Below are positions 1 through 13,040 of a stretch of 64,000 bases of DNA, piece after piece. Within the stretch, counting starts at the first letter, position 1; each line of letters begins with the position of its first letter. This DNA comes from Octopus bimaculoides. Lineage: Eukaryota. The translations under genes were made by a program, and so were the position numbers. The stretch spans positions 97,378,698-97,442,697 of the forward strand of contig NC_068986.1 of NCBI RefSeq assembly GCF_001194135.2, written 5' to 3'. Under the pieces are notes generated by a model. That model was not told where the DNA came from. It saw only the letters and a list, made by a program, of their open reading frames with translations, and did not search any database.

Positions 1-355
1 ATCTCAAGGCGACTACCGTACCAGTGATTGTAGGATCTCTAGGAATGATAAAAAAAAGGTACTGAAACCTATTTGAAAATGATACCAGGCTTACCATCCC
101 TACAGGAAGTGCAAAAATCGTGTTAACTGGAACGACTCATGTACTGAGAAGAGCATTATCGCTGTGAAAACAACATCAATTCATGAATTTTTTTTTTTGA
201 AATACATATTTTACTTGTGAACTTGCGTGTGTAAACCGGGAATGCATACAACGAGTTTCTTTGCCCTAGGTGTACGGAAAACACTCGGCGAGAAATGGAA
301 GAAAATTTGAAGAAAGAAGAAAAAAACAACAACATAATAATAATAATAATAATAT
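1..355 (+). mobile_element. R4/Dong-type RLE non-LTR retrotransposon, 3' end (family D) with 3' UTR and (TAA)n tail
   Basis: 1-166 translates (one frameshift) to LKATTVPVIVGSLGMIKKGTETYLKMIPGLPSLQEVQKIVLTGTTHVLRRALSL*. The 3' UTR (gggaatgcatacaacgagtttctttgccctaggtgtacggaaaacactc) matches the reverse complement of 41400-41500. (TAA)n tract at 333-355. Confidence 0.9.
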
Positions 356-412
356 AAAAGATGGGCTACAGCAAATATTGCGCTCAATACCACAGATTTG
401 CTTGTCAGTTGC
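352..412 (+). mobile_element. Fragment of the (TAA)n-tailed SINE-like repeat also present at 42518-42980
   Basis: aaaagatgggctacagcaaatattgcgctcaataccacagatttgcttgtcagttg is the reverse-complement homologue of 42910-42970. Confidence 0.8.
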
Positions 413-419
413 TGCCTTA

Positions 420-500
420 ATAACAACAACAACAACAACAACAACAGCAATAATAATCCTTTCTACCATAGGTACAAGGCCTGAAATTTGAGACGGAGTT
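420..500 (-). mobile_element. tRNA-type SINE 3' end with (TTG/TTA)n tail
   Basis: Minus strand reads caaatttcaggccttgtacctatggtagaaaggattatt, like the SINE ends at 54520-54555 and 48770-48800. Confidence 0.6.
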
Positions 501-952
501 ATTCGGCTATATACGAAGAAAAAGCAGCGACGAAAGTTTTTATACAACAATAACTATATAACAATACATCATTATACTATTATACATACTCCTAATTAAA
601 GCGACATTGACTCAAAAATGATGAGCTTACTCAGGCTAAAATCGAACTCACATATCAATGCTAACGTAGTTCCCTATAATATTTGTAAACAACCCGGAGG
701 CTTGATAAGTTATAGAGAAAAAAAGACTATCGTTGTCGCTTTTTCTCCGTAACTTATCAAGCCGCCGAATTAGCGTTGATATGTCGGTTCGATTCTAGCC
801 TGAATAAGGTCCTCATTTTTTAATAGTTTAGATAAAGTCACTTTAATTCGGAGTATATATATTATTATTATAATATATTATTACGTAGTTATTACTGAAT
901 AAAAAAAACTTTCCTAGTCTCTCTTTCTCCGTAGCTTGTCAAACCTCCGGTT
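500..952. repeat. Foldback made of two inverted copies of a ~190-bp unit
   Basis: Arms 587-664 and 770-855 are reverse complements (about 80% identical). Inner arms 699-722 and 740-763 (ggcttgataagtta(t/c)(a/g)gagaaaaa). A third copy of the inner motif lies at 924-952. Confidence 0.85.
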
Positions 953-1014
953 CATTTTTACAAATATTATCCATCCATCCATCCATACATGCATACATGC
1001 ATACATGCAAGCAT

Positions 1015-1085
<71 letters not shown>

Positions 1086-2183
1086 CACACATACACACAT
1101 TTATGTATGTATTCCTGTATACACACATATTTATGCGTTATAAATATTACTCTGCTATAATTGAAGATCTAAAATATATATTTTCTTTGTTTTACAGTTA
1201 TCGATGGAATAATTTCCATGAATTTTAGACTCCGTGGAACAGGTAGGATGTTCAAAATAATTTTCTTTGACGAGAAGCTTGAGATTATGTTTAGTGCTCT
1301 TTTATTCAGAAATTCGTTAATGTTTTAAACAAAACCATTATTATACTGCACAGACACATGCTCGACCTCGTTTACAATTATTCTACTTATCTGCCCACAC
1401 TCACATACACACAGAGACATAGAAAGATACAAACACGTACATACACACAGATATAGATTGATGGACCTCCGTTTGTCTCTACAATATGTATTCAATTATT
1501 CGTTCAACGAAATTACCTGTTCATTGAATCAATGCTCAATCCCATCGGTATTAACTTCGCTTTTTATCTTTTCGAAGTCGCTAAAAAACGTACGATCCAA
1601 GTCCGTGGTTTCGTGGAACTGGATGACCATGAAGATGAATACCCTTGCGTACTTTTCCGAGTTCAAATCCTGCTTAATAGCGAGGTGTTTCATACAGTAT
1701 CTATCAGCCGGTTTCAATACGAAAGTGATTTCGCTTTCAATTTCGCGAATAACGCTACATCAGCAGCCAGGTTATTAGCATTAAATATTTCACCGCGTAG
1801 GCTACACCTGTTTCTAGCATTTTATAAGCCCTAAAAATTTTGACGACATACCATGTGATGCTATAAACTAAAGATTTTACTTTAAAATTATAATGTCACA
1901 CTGCTCTTATTTGTCATTTATCAATATTTGTGAAGGAAAAAAGGTGGAAGCACGATTATATTTTTTTCTCTTCACCTACCTTTGTGTCACACCACTATAA
2001 CGCTTCAGGGCAATATGGTGATTAGAATATGCTGAACTAAACATTACTTCATGTATGGCTGCATCTAAATTGCAAGACCTATTCAGCTGGTTTGTATTAG
2101 AATAGAATTTGTCCATGAATAGCGGGTTTCAGTAAAGCTGGAAGGCTGATGTGATATATTTTCCTTCATAATTGCCGTGCAGC

Positions 2184-2243
<60 letters not shown>

Positions 2244-2317
2244 CTCGATCTGTCTGACTGTCTGTCTGTCTATCAGCCTATAAAGTCAAACACACACATA
2301 TAAACATAGACAGGTAC

Positions 2318-2373
<56 letters not shown>

Positions 2374-2503
2374 TTTTTGAGAGCTGGAAAAAATTATCAC
2401 AATTGCAGCTTTAATAAAATGTATCTTATTCTACCTTTGGTATTCGAGTATTAATTTTTTCCACATTGTTTTGCAATTATGTGCTCACCCGTGTGTGTTT
2501 GTA

Positions 2504-3753
2504 CAGGGCGTCCGAGAAAGATTTACCCACTGATATTTCTTACTTATTCAAACTAGACTTAATGTAGAATAATGAGATTTGGCATACACGTTCTAATGCA
2601 AATTGTCAGTCCATTGCAGTTACTATATTTCAAAACGACCATCTTTCGCCTTGATCGTAGCCTGAGTTCCATAAACGCCCTACCACCTCTTCATCCAACT
2701 TCATCCATGAAAACAGAGGAGCTTTCTTCAGATCTGACACATTTGAATAGGAGCGAGGAGAAACATAATTCTCTGAGAAGGACCAAATAGCGGAGTCCAT
2801 GGCATTGATGTCTGGACATGCGGGAGGCCATGTCGTCTTGTCTCAAAACCCACTGAAATTCTGTTTGCAACACCTCTGTGGCAACCGGACGTTTGGCCTC
2901 GTCTTGAATGACGATGTAACGGTCACTAAATGTTTCTCATGCAGCATTTCCACATAAAGATCACTGATGACCTTGACGCCATCATCGAAGAAGATCAAGG
3001 GAACCTTGAACCCATCAGAGGGTTAGGCAACTGCGGCCTACACCACGAGTGAATCTGGCTTCTGACGGCCTAAACGACTCCTGCTAACTTCGGGCACGTC
3101 TCCTGTATTATGTGCATAAAGCCTGTAATTTTGCCTGTTGGGAACTGCTTCCACGGTGAAGATCTTCTCGTTGGACCAGATGAAAACTTAACAGCCGGTT
3201 TTATCTCAGCTAACGAGGTTTTACCTCTGTCGAGATGTTTCTTTTTGGTATCTTCTGAAATTAACTGCTGGAAATGTTTCCGGTAGGCAGTAAGATTTAA
3301 ATCCTCTTTAAAAATCCTGTGCATTGACGATTTCAAAATATCAAGGTATTTTGAAGTTTTTCTTGCACTCTTGAGGGGATTTCAGTGCATTCACTTCTTC
3401 CTAACTTCAACAGGCTATTTGGTACGAATGGATCGTTTCCTACCAGGAATTTGCTTTCTAGAGGTATTAGCGGACTCCATATATTATTTCCAGGTATTGA
3501 ACACTGTTTCACGACATATTAACTGCATTGTTATGTCTTTGTTGCTCACACTCCAGCTGTTTTCAAAGCGACAATCTGGACACGTTTGCTTTCGACGCCA
3601 TGATTGCTTAGAAACTTGTTATAGACAAACGAAACAAAAACACATGAACAAAGGACATATGCAAATCTTTATGTAAAATGTAGATAATATTACCTGAATC
3701 AATATTCTTTAGAAAGAGTTTTAAACATGGGAAAATTTTCATGGAGCGCACTT
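2504..3753 (-). mobile_element. Tc1/mariner DD37D (maT-like) transposon, near full length, degenerate transposase
   Basis: TA|CAGGGCGTCCGAGAAAG left TIR; degenerate counterpart at 3727-3753 followed by TA. Minus-strand frames give HRIFKEDLNLTAYRK, WSDEKIFTVE-like, KVPLIFFDDGVKV and WPPACPDINAMDSAIWS, with many stops and frameshifts. Confidence 0.88.
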
Positions 3754-3783
3754 TATAAGTGTGTATGCACTTCTCTCTTTCTT

Positions 3784-3822
<39 letters not shown>

Positions 3823-4347
3823 NNNNNNNNNNNNNNNNNNNNNNNNNNNNNNNNNNNNNNNNNNNNNNNNNNNNNNNNNNNNNNNNNNNNNNNNNNNNNN
3901 NNNNNNNNNNNNNNNNNNNNNNNNNNTATATATATATATATATATATGCATATGAGTGTGCGTGTATGTGCTTGTGTGAGTGTGTGTGTTCATACTTATA
4001 AAAGTGAGAGGAAAAAGAGAAAGTAAAGAAAAGGACTTTGTGTCTGATACAAATGATTGCTAATTTAATGCATCTTAAAGAAATGTGCTGTGATATTTAT
4101 TTTCTGCGAGTTACGACTCCTTACACTGAATCTAAACAGAAATATTTGATAAACAAAGATCGATAAACTAAGTTCTATACAAAGTACTGGCATGGCGCAA
4201 GCATTAACGCAATCCAGCAATAGAAACGAACTAAAAACGAAAATACATTAAAATTATCAGGAGGTAAATTAAATTCCTAATAATGAGTCTCCAGCGCACA
4301 TCTTTATATGAGTTATACTTGACGCTAATGAATATTCTTCTCATTAC

Positions 4348-4415
4348 CTGTTTTCTTGTAATTGATTAAAACATTCATCACGGATCATTGCATTTAGTCT
4401 GTGAGCAACATCGAC
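4348..4415 (-). CDS. Candidate isolated host exon (68 nt), product unknown
   Basis: Minus strand aaattcacaaag|GTCGAT...AAACAG|gtaatg; phase 0 reads VDVAHRLNAMIRDECFNQLQEN(R). Support is splice sites plus an open frame only. Confidence 0.3.
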
Positions 4416-4665
4416 CTTTGTGAATTTTATTCATAGAGAAAATACACTTATAAAATAATAAATATTCACCTTTTTAATTAATTAAAACATTGCTATCAAT
4501 CATTGCAATTTGTACTAGAAATTTTCACCGAATTTTCTAAATCGATTGAGTAATTTTATAGAACAAGATAATCGATCGAAAATAATATTTTTCATAATTT
4601 CTCGTATTTCTTAATATTTGGTGGGATAAAACTTTACATCGTTTTGTTGAAATATGTTAATAGTT

Positions 4666-5412
4666 CCCACTCACTCACTCACCCACTCACTCACACACTC
4701 ACTCACTCACACACTCACTCACTCACTCACTCACTAACTCACTCACTCACTCACTCACTCATTCACTCACTCACACACTCACTCACTCACTCACACACTC
4801 ACTCACTCATTCACTCACTCATTCACTCACTCACTCAATCACTCATTCACTCACTCCCTCACTCACTCCCTCACTCACGCACTCACTCACTCATTCACTC
4901 ACTCACTCACTCACTCACTCACTCACTCACTAACTCACTCACTCACTCACTCATTCACTCACTCACACACTCACTCACTCACTCACACACTCACTCACTC
5001 ATTCACTCACTCACTCACTCACTCACTCACTCACTCACTCACTCATTCACTCACTCACTCACTCACTCACTCACTCATTCACTCACTCACTCAATCACTC
5101 ATTCACTCACTCCCTCACTCACTCACTCACTCACGCACTCACTCACTCATTCACTTACTCACTCACTCACTCACTCACTCACTCAATCACTCACACACTC
5201 ACTAACTCACACATTCACTCATTCACTCACTCACTCACTCACTCACTCACTCACCCACTCACTCACTCACTCACTCACTCACTCACTCACTCACTCACTC
5301 ATTCACTCACCCACTCACTCACTCACTCACTCACTCACTCATTCACTCACCCACTCATTCACTCACTCACGCACTCACTCACTCATTTACTCGCTCACAC
5401 ACTCACTCACAT
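4666..5412. repeat. Long imperfect (TCAC)n tetranucleotide array, about 750 bp
   Basis: Continuous cactcact repeats with tt/ca/cc variants; produces the spurious 312-aa THSL ORF. Confidence 0.98.
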
Positions 5413-5478
5413 TCTATCTATCTATCTCACCCGATTTTGCATACATTCATAAATACATACATATATATATATACATAT

Positions 5479-5531
<53 letters not shown>

Positions 5532-6974
5532 CAAGTACAAATAAAACCTTACAACAAATTTCACTGCTTAGTTTTCAACTGAGTTTCGCGTTGCTGCTCT
5601 TTCAAAACGTTTCGTGTTTATTTTCTCAAACAAATGGAGATTGTGTAGATTAAGATCACAATTAACAGATCTTCCTGTCTTTTCTTTTACTCAAAGCTGG
5701 AACTTTTCAAGACTCCCTAATATATGATAGGAGAAAAAAGTAATTTAATAGCACAGGACATGAGCACAAAAAAGGGATGGGGTAAAATGAAGTAATAAAA
5801 TTGAAATACAGATAGAAAGAGAAGGCAGTTAGGAATGCAACAGTTTTAATGTACACTCTTCAGTATTCTCTGAATTGATAGAGTAGATGAGCAGAGAGGA
5901 CCCTAAAATGTGTGTCTAGGACCTGGGACATGTGCCCTCTCTTGGCAGTAAGAAAAAAATTGCAATTGGCCAATTTCAGCCACGTTCGATATCTTATTTG
6001 GGCACAACCTTCTGTTGAATGTCATAGTCAGTATCAACTTATACTAATATTATTTACTAAATACTGGTCATTGTTTAACAACTGGGAGTGACACGTTGCA
6101 GCTGATAGTAAGCTTTTTACTAATTTTGATAATTAGCTTAATACATCTGGAAACATTAAGTTTAGAGTTACATGAAGTAATTTATACAGCATCATTATCG
6201 ATTATTGAATATATGTGTTAATCATTTTTTGTATGCACTCAAAAACTTAAGAACCCATGTGTAGCCAAACCTATTCAAACCTTACCCATAACATACACAT
6301 TTTAAATTACATAGTGATTATCAATCACAAACTGATATTAAAACACTTCTAAAGCAATATATATAAAATGCATGCGGACAGCAAGTCTCTCAACTAGAAA
6401 CAAGGCATTATATCCACTACTCAGGTGTTCTCAAATGCATTATTTATAAAACGAAGCTTTCTGAAAGTATTAATGCAATTTGTATAATTTTCATTTAAAT
6501 ATATTGGTAAATCTGACTTTTTGTGTATCAGTTGTACGTAAGGTGTCTAAGGTTACGCACAACTTTACGTGAAAGAAAAGTTTCTCCAAAATTATGTCCA
6601 TTCATTACAGTACTATTATATACAGGAAACAACTTATTTTGCTAACAGAAAATTGCCTGTAGATTAAGTATAAGAAATATACTTCAGTTTAAATATTATA
6701 CAAATAAATTGTTATTACTTTTGAGAAAAATCAGATCACAATACGCTTAAAATTACTTTTCAAATTTCTAAATAGAAAAAAAAGAATACTTATTTGAATA
6801 CAATACATACAGGTTATTGACCCAAATACTATTGTATATACATATAATTACATCATGTAATTTGAAATTGAAAACCTTGAATTCAAAATAATTTTGAAAA
6901 GATATCAGACTGTTATTGAAAGCAGAGATATTGAAAGATATATAAAAAGATAGTGAAACTTGTCGCTATCTTAC

Positions 6975-7052
6975 TGATTCTGGTATATAAATAAAATGGA
7001 TTGTATTTGTAGCAAAAGTAACACATAAGTTTAGAGTGCTCAACGGCTTTTC
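6975..7052 (-). CDS. Candidate isolated host exon (78 nt), product unknown
   Basis: cttcctctccagtcttaacacag|GAAAAG...AATCA|gtaaga; length divisible by 3; open in two frames (EKPLSTLNLCVTFATNTIHFIYIPES or GKAVEHSKLMCYFCYKYNPFYLYTRI). Confidence 0.25.
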
Positions 7053-7499
7053 CTGTGTTAAGACTGGAGAGGAAGTTCTGACACATTCTTGAGTTTAAAT
7101 ATCACAAATATCACTGTATAAAAATATAGTGATAGAAAAAGGCATATATCACTTTTCTGATCCTTTCCACTTCCGAAGGACTTTTATAGCATAAAAAGCT
7201 GCGAACATTTTAAGTGAAGTTTAAGTCTATAAAATACTTTTTGAGTACATGTCTGTCCTCAAAATCCTTTACAGTGAAGAATAATAATGTACAATCTAGA
7301 TAAACCTATATAAAATATAACCAATATCTCTTCCTTTTCTTTTTATAACGAAGTTTCTCTATTTTCACATTAATATCATTATCAACTTCATCTAAAATTA
7401 CGTCAATATAAAATTAACGACTTTATCTAAAACCACATTCTCCATTCTTTTCTAATATCACTGCAAATTAAAAATAACACCTTGATATAAAATCATTTT

Positions 7500-8190
7500 G
7501 CTTTTACTTGCTGAGTCTGGTGGAAGGGAAATGCCTATAAACTTTGCAAGCCTTCAGAGACCGATGGAATTGATGTCGTTACTGTTCAGTTAAGATTGTT
7601 GCAGGTAAAGACCTACAGGAAGCATATGAGCAGAGGAAAGATCCTATCCTTGATGACCGAAGTTCTTGAGAGGAAGGATTAGGTATAGTGGTTAGTGTGT
7701 AACTTGGGATTGGGGCGTTACAAATGTGGATAGAAATGTGTGACGAGAATACTTGGGCAGAGAAGGTATGAGACCAGCCAACTGTAAGAAACAGTGGCCA
7801 CAATAGTAACGGCATAAGAAAACAACGAAAAGAGACTACTGGCCTCTTGGCAAGACACTGCTACATCTCTTCTGGCAGATCAATTCCAATCAGTCGGGTG
7901 GCACTTCTATGGATACGGTCTATGTAAGTCTCTGTGCGTAGTAAGCAGAATCATCCAAAATGCGAGAGAACTCCATTGACTGCCTGACTTCTCTGTAGAG
8001 TAACACAAATTGTCGAGTAACACAATTGTCCAAATCTGAAGAGATGAGCTAGATTTTGAGAGGCAGCTCGAGCTATATCATGAATATACTTTTGACAAAA
8101 GAGATCATTTACCATTGTGATGCATTTAGGGAATGCCGTAGGCCCTTACAGTGGGGGTGGTACGGTATCATAATAATTGTATAATCCAAA
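7500..8190 (-). mobile_element. CR1/L2-group LINE, decayed 3' RT region
   Basis: Minus frames give LYREVRQSMEFSRIL, LFVVFLCRYYCGHCFLQLAGLIPSLPKYSRHTF and a SFLPRTSVxxxxL-type segment, typical of CR1/L2-group C-termini. Confidence 0.75.
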
Positions 8191-9639
8191 ACAGTGATGG
8201 GAGAACATTTTCTGACTTTGGTAGGTCACAAAATAATATACAATTAATCACAGAAACTACAGAAAAAGCGTAAACTAATTTTAACAGGTACACTAATTTT
8301 GTAAACATGTGCATAAATAATTAACCTCTTGTATAGTGTCTTCAGATGCACCAAGACGTAATTTAAAAACGTTCACAGTCAAGCTAGCAAGGCACAGATA
8401 GTAACAAATGTGTGTGGTCCTGACAAAGGGTTCACATTATATTTTCCGAAAGTATTTAAAAGTATATATATATATATATATATATNNNNNNNNNNAGCGA
8501 AACTTAGAAAATGAAAATCCTGCAGAAGAGTGTGTGTGTATGTGTGTGTGTGTGTGTATGTGTATGTATGCGTGTATACGGATGCTCCTAAAATATACAA
8601 TTATTTGAAACGACAAACTTTAAATAGAAGTAAATCAACGAAACTATATTCCACAATTAGGATTCTCTCCTATTCGCATCGATAATCTAAAATAACAGCA
8701 TCATAAACGTAATAACATGCACTAAAATCACAGTATCCTGTGACTAGTATCAATATAAAACATGTAAAACAGTAAATTAATTTAACAGTTATCTTCATTC
8801 TTAAATACTTGCTTGAAATCTTGTCTGACAGAAGTAACAGATGTGTCTAGTGAAAGCGCACTTAGTAGTTTCAACGTCTCATTCTTGTAATCGTTTACGG
8901 ATTTGGGTCTTTTTGTTGGCTTCCATTGATAAGCGAAAATGTCTGTTTCAGGTTTTATTTAAACATTAATGCAATTCTCTACTATATAAAAATAGGCTTA
9001 TCTAAAATCACGATATGATGCCACTAAAATTTATTTGACGCAATGTAATTTTAAAAGAGCAACTTAATCAAAATTTTCTATTTGCAGTGAAAATAGTGTC
9101 ATAAAATGTGAATGCTGTAGAATAAATTTGAATAATATCCACAAATGTTACATAAATAATTTTAAACTAATCGTTTATAAACTTCTAACTTTATGTTATT
9201 GATAAATGCCTCATTTGGAAGCAGAAGAGAAAACGTATTATCCCAAGGTGGTCTTGCACAGGAGCGAAGACAGTTGGTTGTTAAAAATTATTAGAACTTC
9301 TCTAATTAAACTAATATACTTGAGAGCATGAAGTAATATCAGTGCAAGTGCTGTAAGATTAACTCATTCTAAGTGATCACTATTCACAGCGACACCATGA
9401 ACTTCGACTCCCTAACGTATGTATATATATAGAAACACTAGCTTATGTGAATTCATTGATCATACTATGGAATCTGATATTGAAATGAAATTCCTGCTAT
9501 TCCTGAGAATATTTCCTTCACATTCTACAAAAGGCGCAGGTTTTTGGCAGGAATAACTAACCCATTTGCCTAATACCAGCCGGTGGCTTCAGCTAACGTG
9601 AGTTACTACGTTGTTGATGGCTTGGTTAAGAATATTTGC

Positions 9640-9932
9640 CAAACTTCTCGTATTTGGATCACCGCTTCTTTCCTCTTTTGTTATCTCCCCTTTTTCTTAG
9701 CTCTCCTGTGCGAACTTTCTGTCCGGCAGTCGCCATGATAGATCGCTGACCACAACATTCAATTTTTTTTCTCCGTGTTTTTCTCCTTGTTTTCTCCTTA
9801 TTCTTTCTGTTGAAGACCGTAGCTCGAAACGTTAAAGACTTTCTCTATTCCCGATCGTTAAACTAATACATCCTTTTGTTGTTTATACCACCTGTCCTCG
9901 TCTGTTGTTGTTTTTTTCGTAAATTCTCCCAT
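9640..9932 (+). mobile_element. Penelope-type pseudo-LTR (solo), ending at (TA)n
   Basis: Contains the Penelope-LTR-type core ctgttgaagaccgtagctcgaaacgt followed by taaactaatacatccttttgttgtttataccacctgtcctcgtc...aaattctccc(at)n. Confidence 0.7.
9802..9838 (+). ncRNA. Minimal type I hammerhead ribozyme motif (degenerate copy)
   Basis: Stem I TCTTT(9802-06)/AAAGA(9834-38); core CTGTTGA plus extra A; stem II GACC-GTA-GCTC (1 mismatch); GAA; palindromic AC|GT stem III; cleavage triplet GUU. Confidence 0.6.
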
Positions 9933-10835
9933 ATATATATATATATATATATATATAAATCTTACTGTTCTTAAACAGGTACATATTCGGTGATAAATCT
10001 CAGATTAGCTATGCATTAAACATACAGTGGTCATTTAGAAGGATTTTGGTAACATGTCTGCTAGATAACGATTTACAGGTGCAATAACGCAACAATTACT
10101 GCTTAACATACAAGTAAGCGAATATTTGCATGGTTGCTCGACCTACAAGATATAGAAACCGGTTCTCGTTTCAGTTATACTAACCCGTGTTTGTAAAGGA
10201 AAATAGTGAATAATGTAGTCTCATAATAATATGAATATAAGACAAGACGTGATGGCTGGAATGCATATAATTATAGATGTTCTCAATCAGGGTTCAGGTG
10301 GTCCCTTAAGCAGTAAAAATTTAGTGAACGCTTTTAAACTTGAGGTCAGTTTCATATCAGAGCAAGATGTATTAAATTACAAGATACAACACAATGAAAC
10401 TTTAATGAAAATCATCGATTATGAAGAAACATCAATATTTAATTCACAGATGAAATTTTTTCTGTATTTCTAAGCGAAGAAATGTTGTTTCCCAGCCAAA
10501 TTTTACATTTTGTTATTAATTACATAAATGAAATCGCTGAATTGAAATTACATTGCTATTGAATGTAGATGTAATGATAGTTTACGAATGTAATTTCATA
10601 TTACAAAGCAAGAAATGATATTTTCGATGAAAACGAAATCACAAAAGTGCTCTTGTAATATAGAACAGAAACCTTTTGACTGTTTTAATTAAATGTTGGT
10701 TTACAATATACAGTGTCAAGGCATAAGTGGAAAGAATTATTAATGCAATGGGTATGATATTTTAATCTACAGCCATGCTGGGGCAATGCTAACGCTTTGC
10801 TTTCTATCGCTCAATTATATCGATAACTGTAGTGT

Positions 10836-10915
<80 letters not shown>

Positions 10916-11059
10916 GATACAGACACACACATATGTATACTGTGGATAAGTTTACTCAGTCACGTGTTTCTGCAATGGATCCACTGGAGTGTGTNNNNNN
11001 NNNNCACTGGAGTGTGTTTTCTATTCTTGTCTCAATTTGAAAAATATGTAAAGTAATAA

Positions 11060-11119
11060 TATCCTTTCAGCAGAATTTGGTGGAAGGAAACTGTATTTGG
11101 TGGAAGGAAACTGTAACAC

Positions 11120-11169
<50 letters not shown>

Positions 11170-11415
11170 TAATATATGTACATGTGTCTGTGCATAATTA
11201 TATATGTGTTTACGTTTACTCGTGTCTAAAAAGTCGATGTGCCTGTGGCTTTGTATTGCGAAAAAAATGTGATTGGTTTGGAAACAAATTGTGAAACCTA
11301 GTAGCAAAGTGAAACGATTTTTGTGATCGAGATGATCGCCTAAAATACCTGAAGTTAGCGCTCCAGCATGGCCATAGTATAATGAATGACACCAGTAAAA
11401 AGAAGAATAAAAGAC
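11060..11415 (+). mobile_element. tRNA-derived SINE, 3' portion with internal (TA)n
   Basis: tttggtggaaggaaactgta (tandemly duplicated), (TA)n, then gcgctccagcatggccatagt...gacaccagtaaaaagaagaataaaaga tail. Confidence 0.65.
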
Positions 11416-12921
11416 AATTGTCTGCACTGAAACATTAAATTCTCCTAACAACTTTGTTCAAACCAATATAAATTCATTAAAATTACTCCCGATGTCTTCT
11501 ACGATGGCATTTAAACTTAGCTTTAATTAATTCAGCATTAGATATAATTTACTTTGTAAAATAATGCAGTTATCTCCATATATTTCTAAATACTTTGGAA
11601 CAGTTCCTGCTTATCTAGGATTAAGCATCCAACAGTCATACTTCCCTAGATTCGACACGATTAAATATCAGAAATCTTTTTTCAAACGTACTATTTAGTA
11701 CAAGAAAATTTTATTTTTAAAGAGACAGCATAAGATTCCACAATCTAGTTTCTGAGAGAAATTAATTAATGATTAATGGGCGTTAGACTGATATGTCAAT
11801 CATGTGGTTAATTTATTTCCCACAATTCTCTATTGGGAGCTAACAAAGAAATAGAAACCAAATTTTCTTATGTTTCCACACTGGTCTCTAATGTCCTTCC
11901 CTATGAAAAGTGCCAACTTTGATCAAGTTGAACACTAACAATTGACTTGCCTGTAGAATTACTACTGCAGGATACTGGAAGTGTTACCGATGCTCTAGGT
12001 AACGACTCAAGAGGCTTTAACATCAGTATTTAAAAATTTGATGCCGGTTGCGGTATCTTAAAATTAATAAATCAATTAAACGTGGGTGCTATTTTAACCA
12101 GGTGAGCGAATATCGCCGTTACGTCAATGTTTATATTGAAAAATGAACCAAAATATTTGCCAACGTAGAGTGATCTTTTAAATAAGGATAATCATTCAGG
12201 AAAACTAATTATAACAATGAAAAATGCATTGTGGCGATAAGTGGCTGTGTGTGTTTACACACATACACACACACTCATACTCACACAGATACTCACCCTC
12301 ACACACACGCGCGCCCTCTCTCTCACACGCACATATACACGCATATATATATGTACATAGGCAAACTCACACACGAGCACACCCACGGGTCATGTTCTTG
12401 AATTAGAGGATAGATCTATGATGCTCTGCTTAGCGCGTTTGGCTTATTTCTCCGGATCTTAGTGAAATCACTCGCATGCTCTTAATATTCCATGATTCTC
12501 AAGCAACTCTAAGGACGCAATCAATGAAGACATGGTCTAGTCATGAAGACACTATCTGAAGTGATCAAGACGGGTTGCCTTGGCAGTAGAAGCATTAACC
12601 CTGAATGTGGGAAGTTGATTGTTGTTAAAATGGGAGAGCAGCCGCGGAAAAGACTAGGGAACAATACGGATCTTTTATCTCCTAGGACAACGGCTAATAA
12701 GCACTGATTTTAACAAATTAATGAAATGTTCTTCACATACTACTCTGGTTTAAACAAAACAGTAGCATTTCGAGTCTCAAGTCCAAACAAATTTCGTATA
12801 TACGTTAAGGTCTGAAAATCCTCAAATAGATTTTAAAAACCTTCGTTATCTGGTCTGTTAGGACAAGCGATGGTATCAACGATACCTAAGATAGTGGAAA
12901 TATTTGCTATTTTGATCTCCG

Positions 12922-12956
<35 letters not shown>

Positions 12957-12998
12957 CATATATACATACATACTTATTTACATACTTACACGCACACA

Positions 12999-13040
<42 letters not shown>

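Noticed and set aside
4644-5582. 312-aa ORF (THSL repeats)
   Set aside because: Translation of a (TCAC)n array that has no stop codon in this frame.
9430-9600. NTxYVNSL as a USP Cys box and the gtgagt donor at 9598
   Set aside because: Needs a frameshift, lacks the catalytic Cys, and all frames upstream of the donor contain stops.
10984-11017. Direct repeat cactggagtgtgt across a 10-N gap
   Set aside because: Typical unmerged contig overlap.
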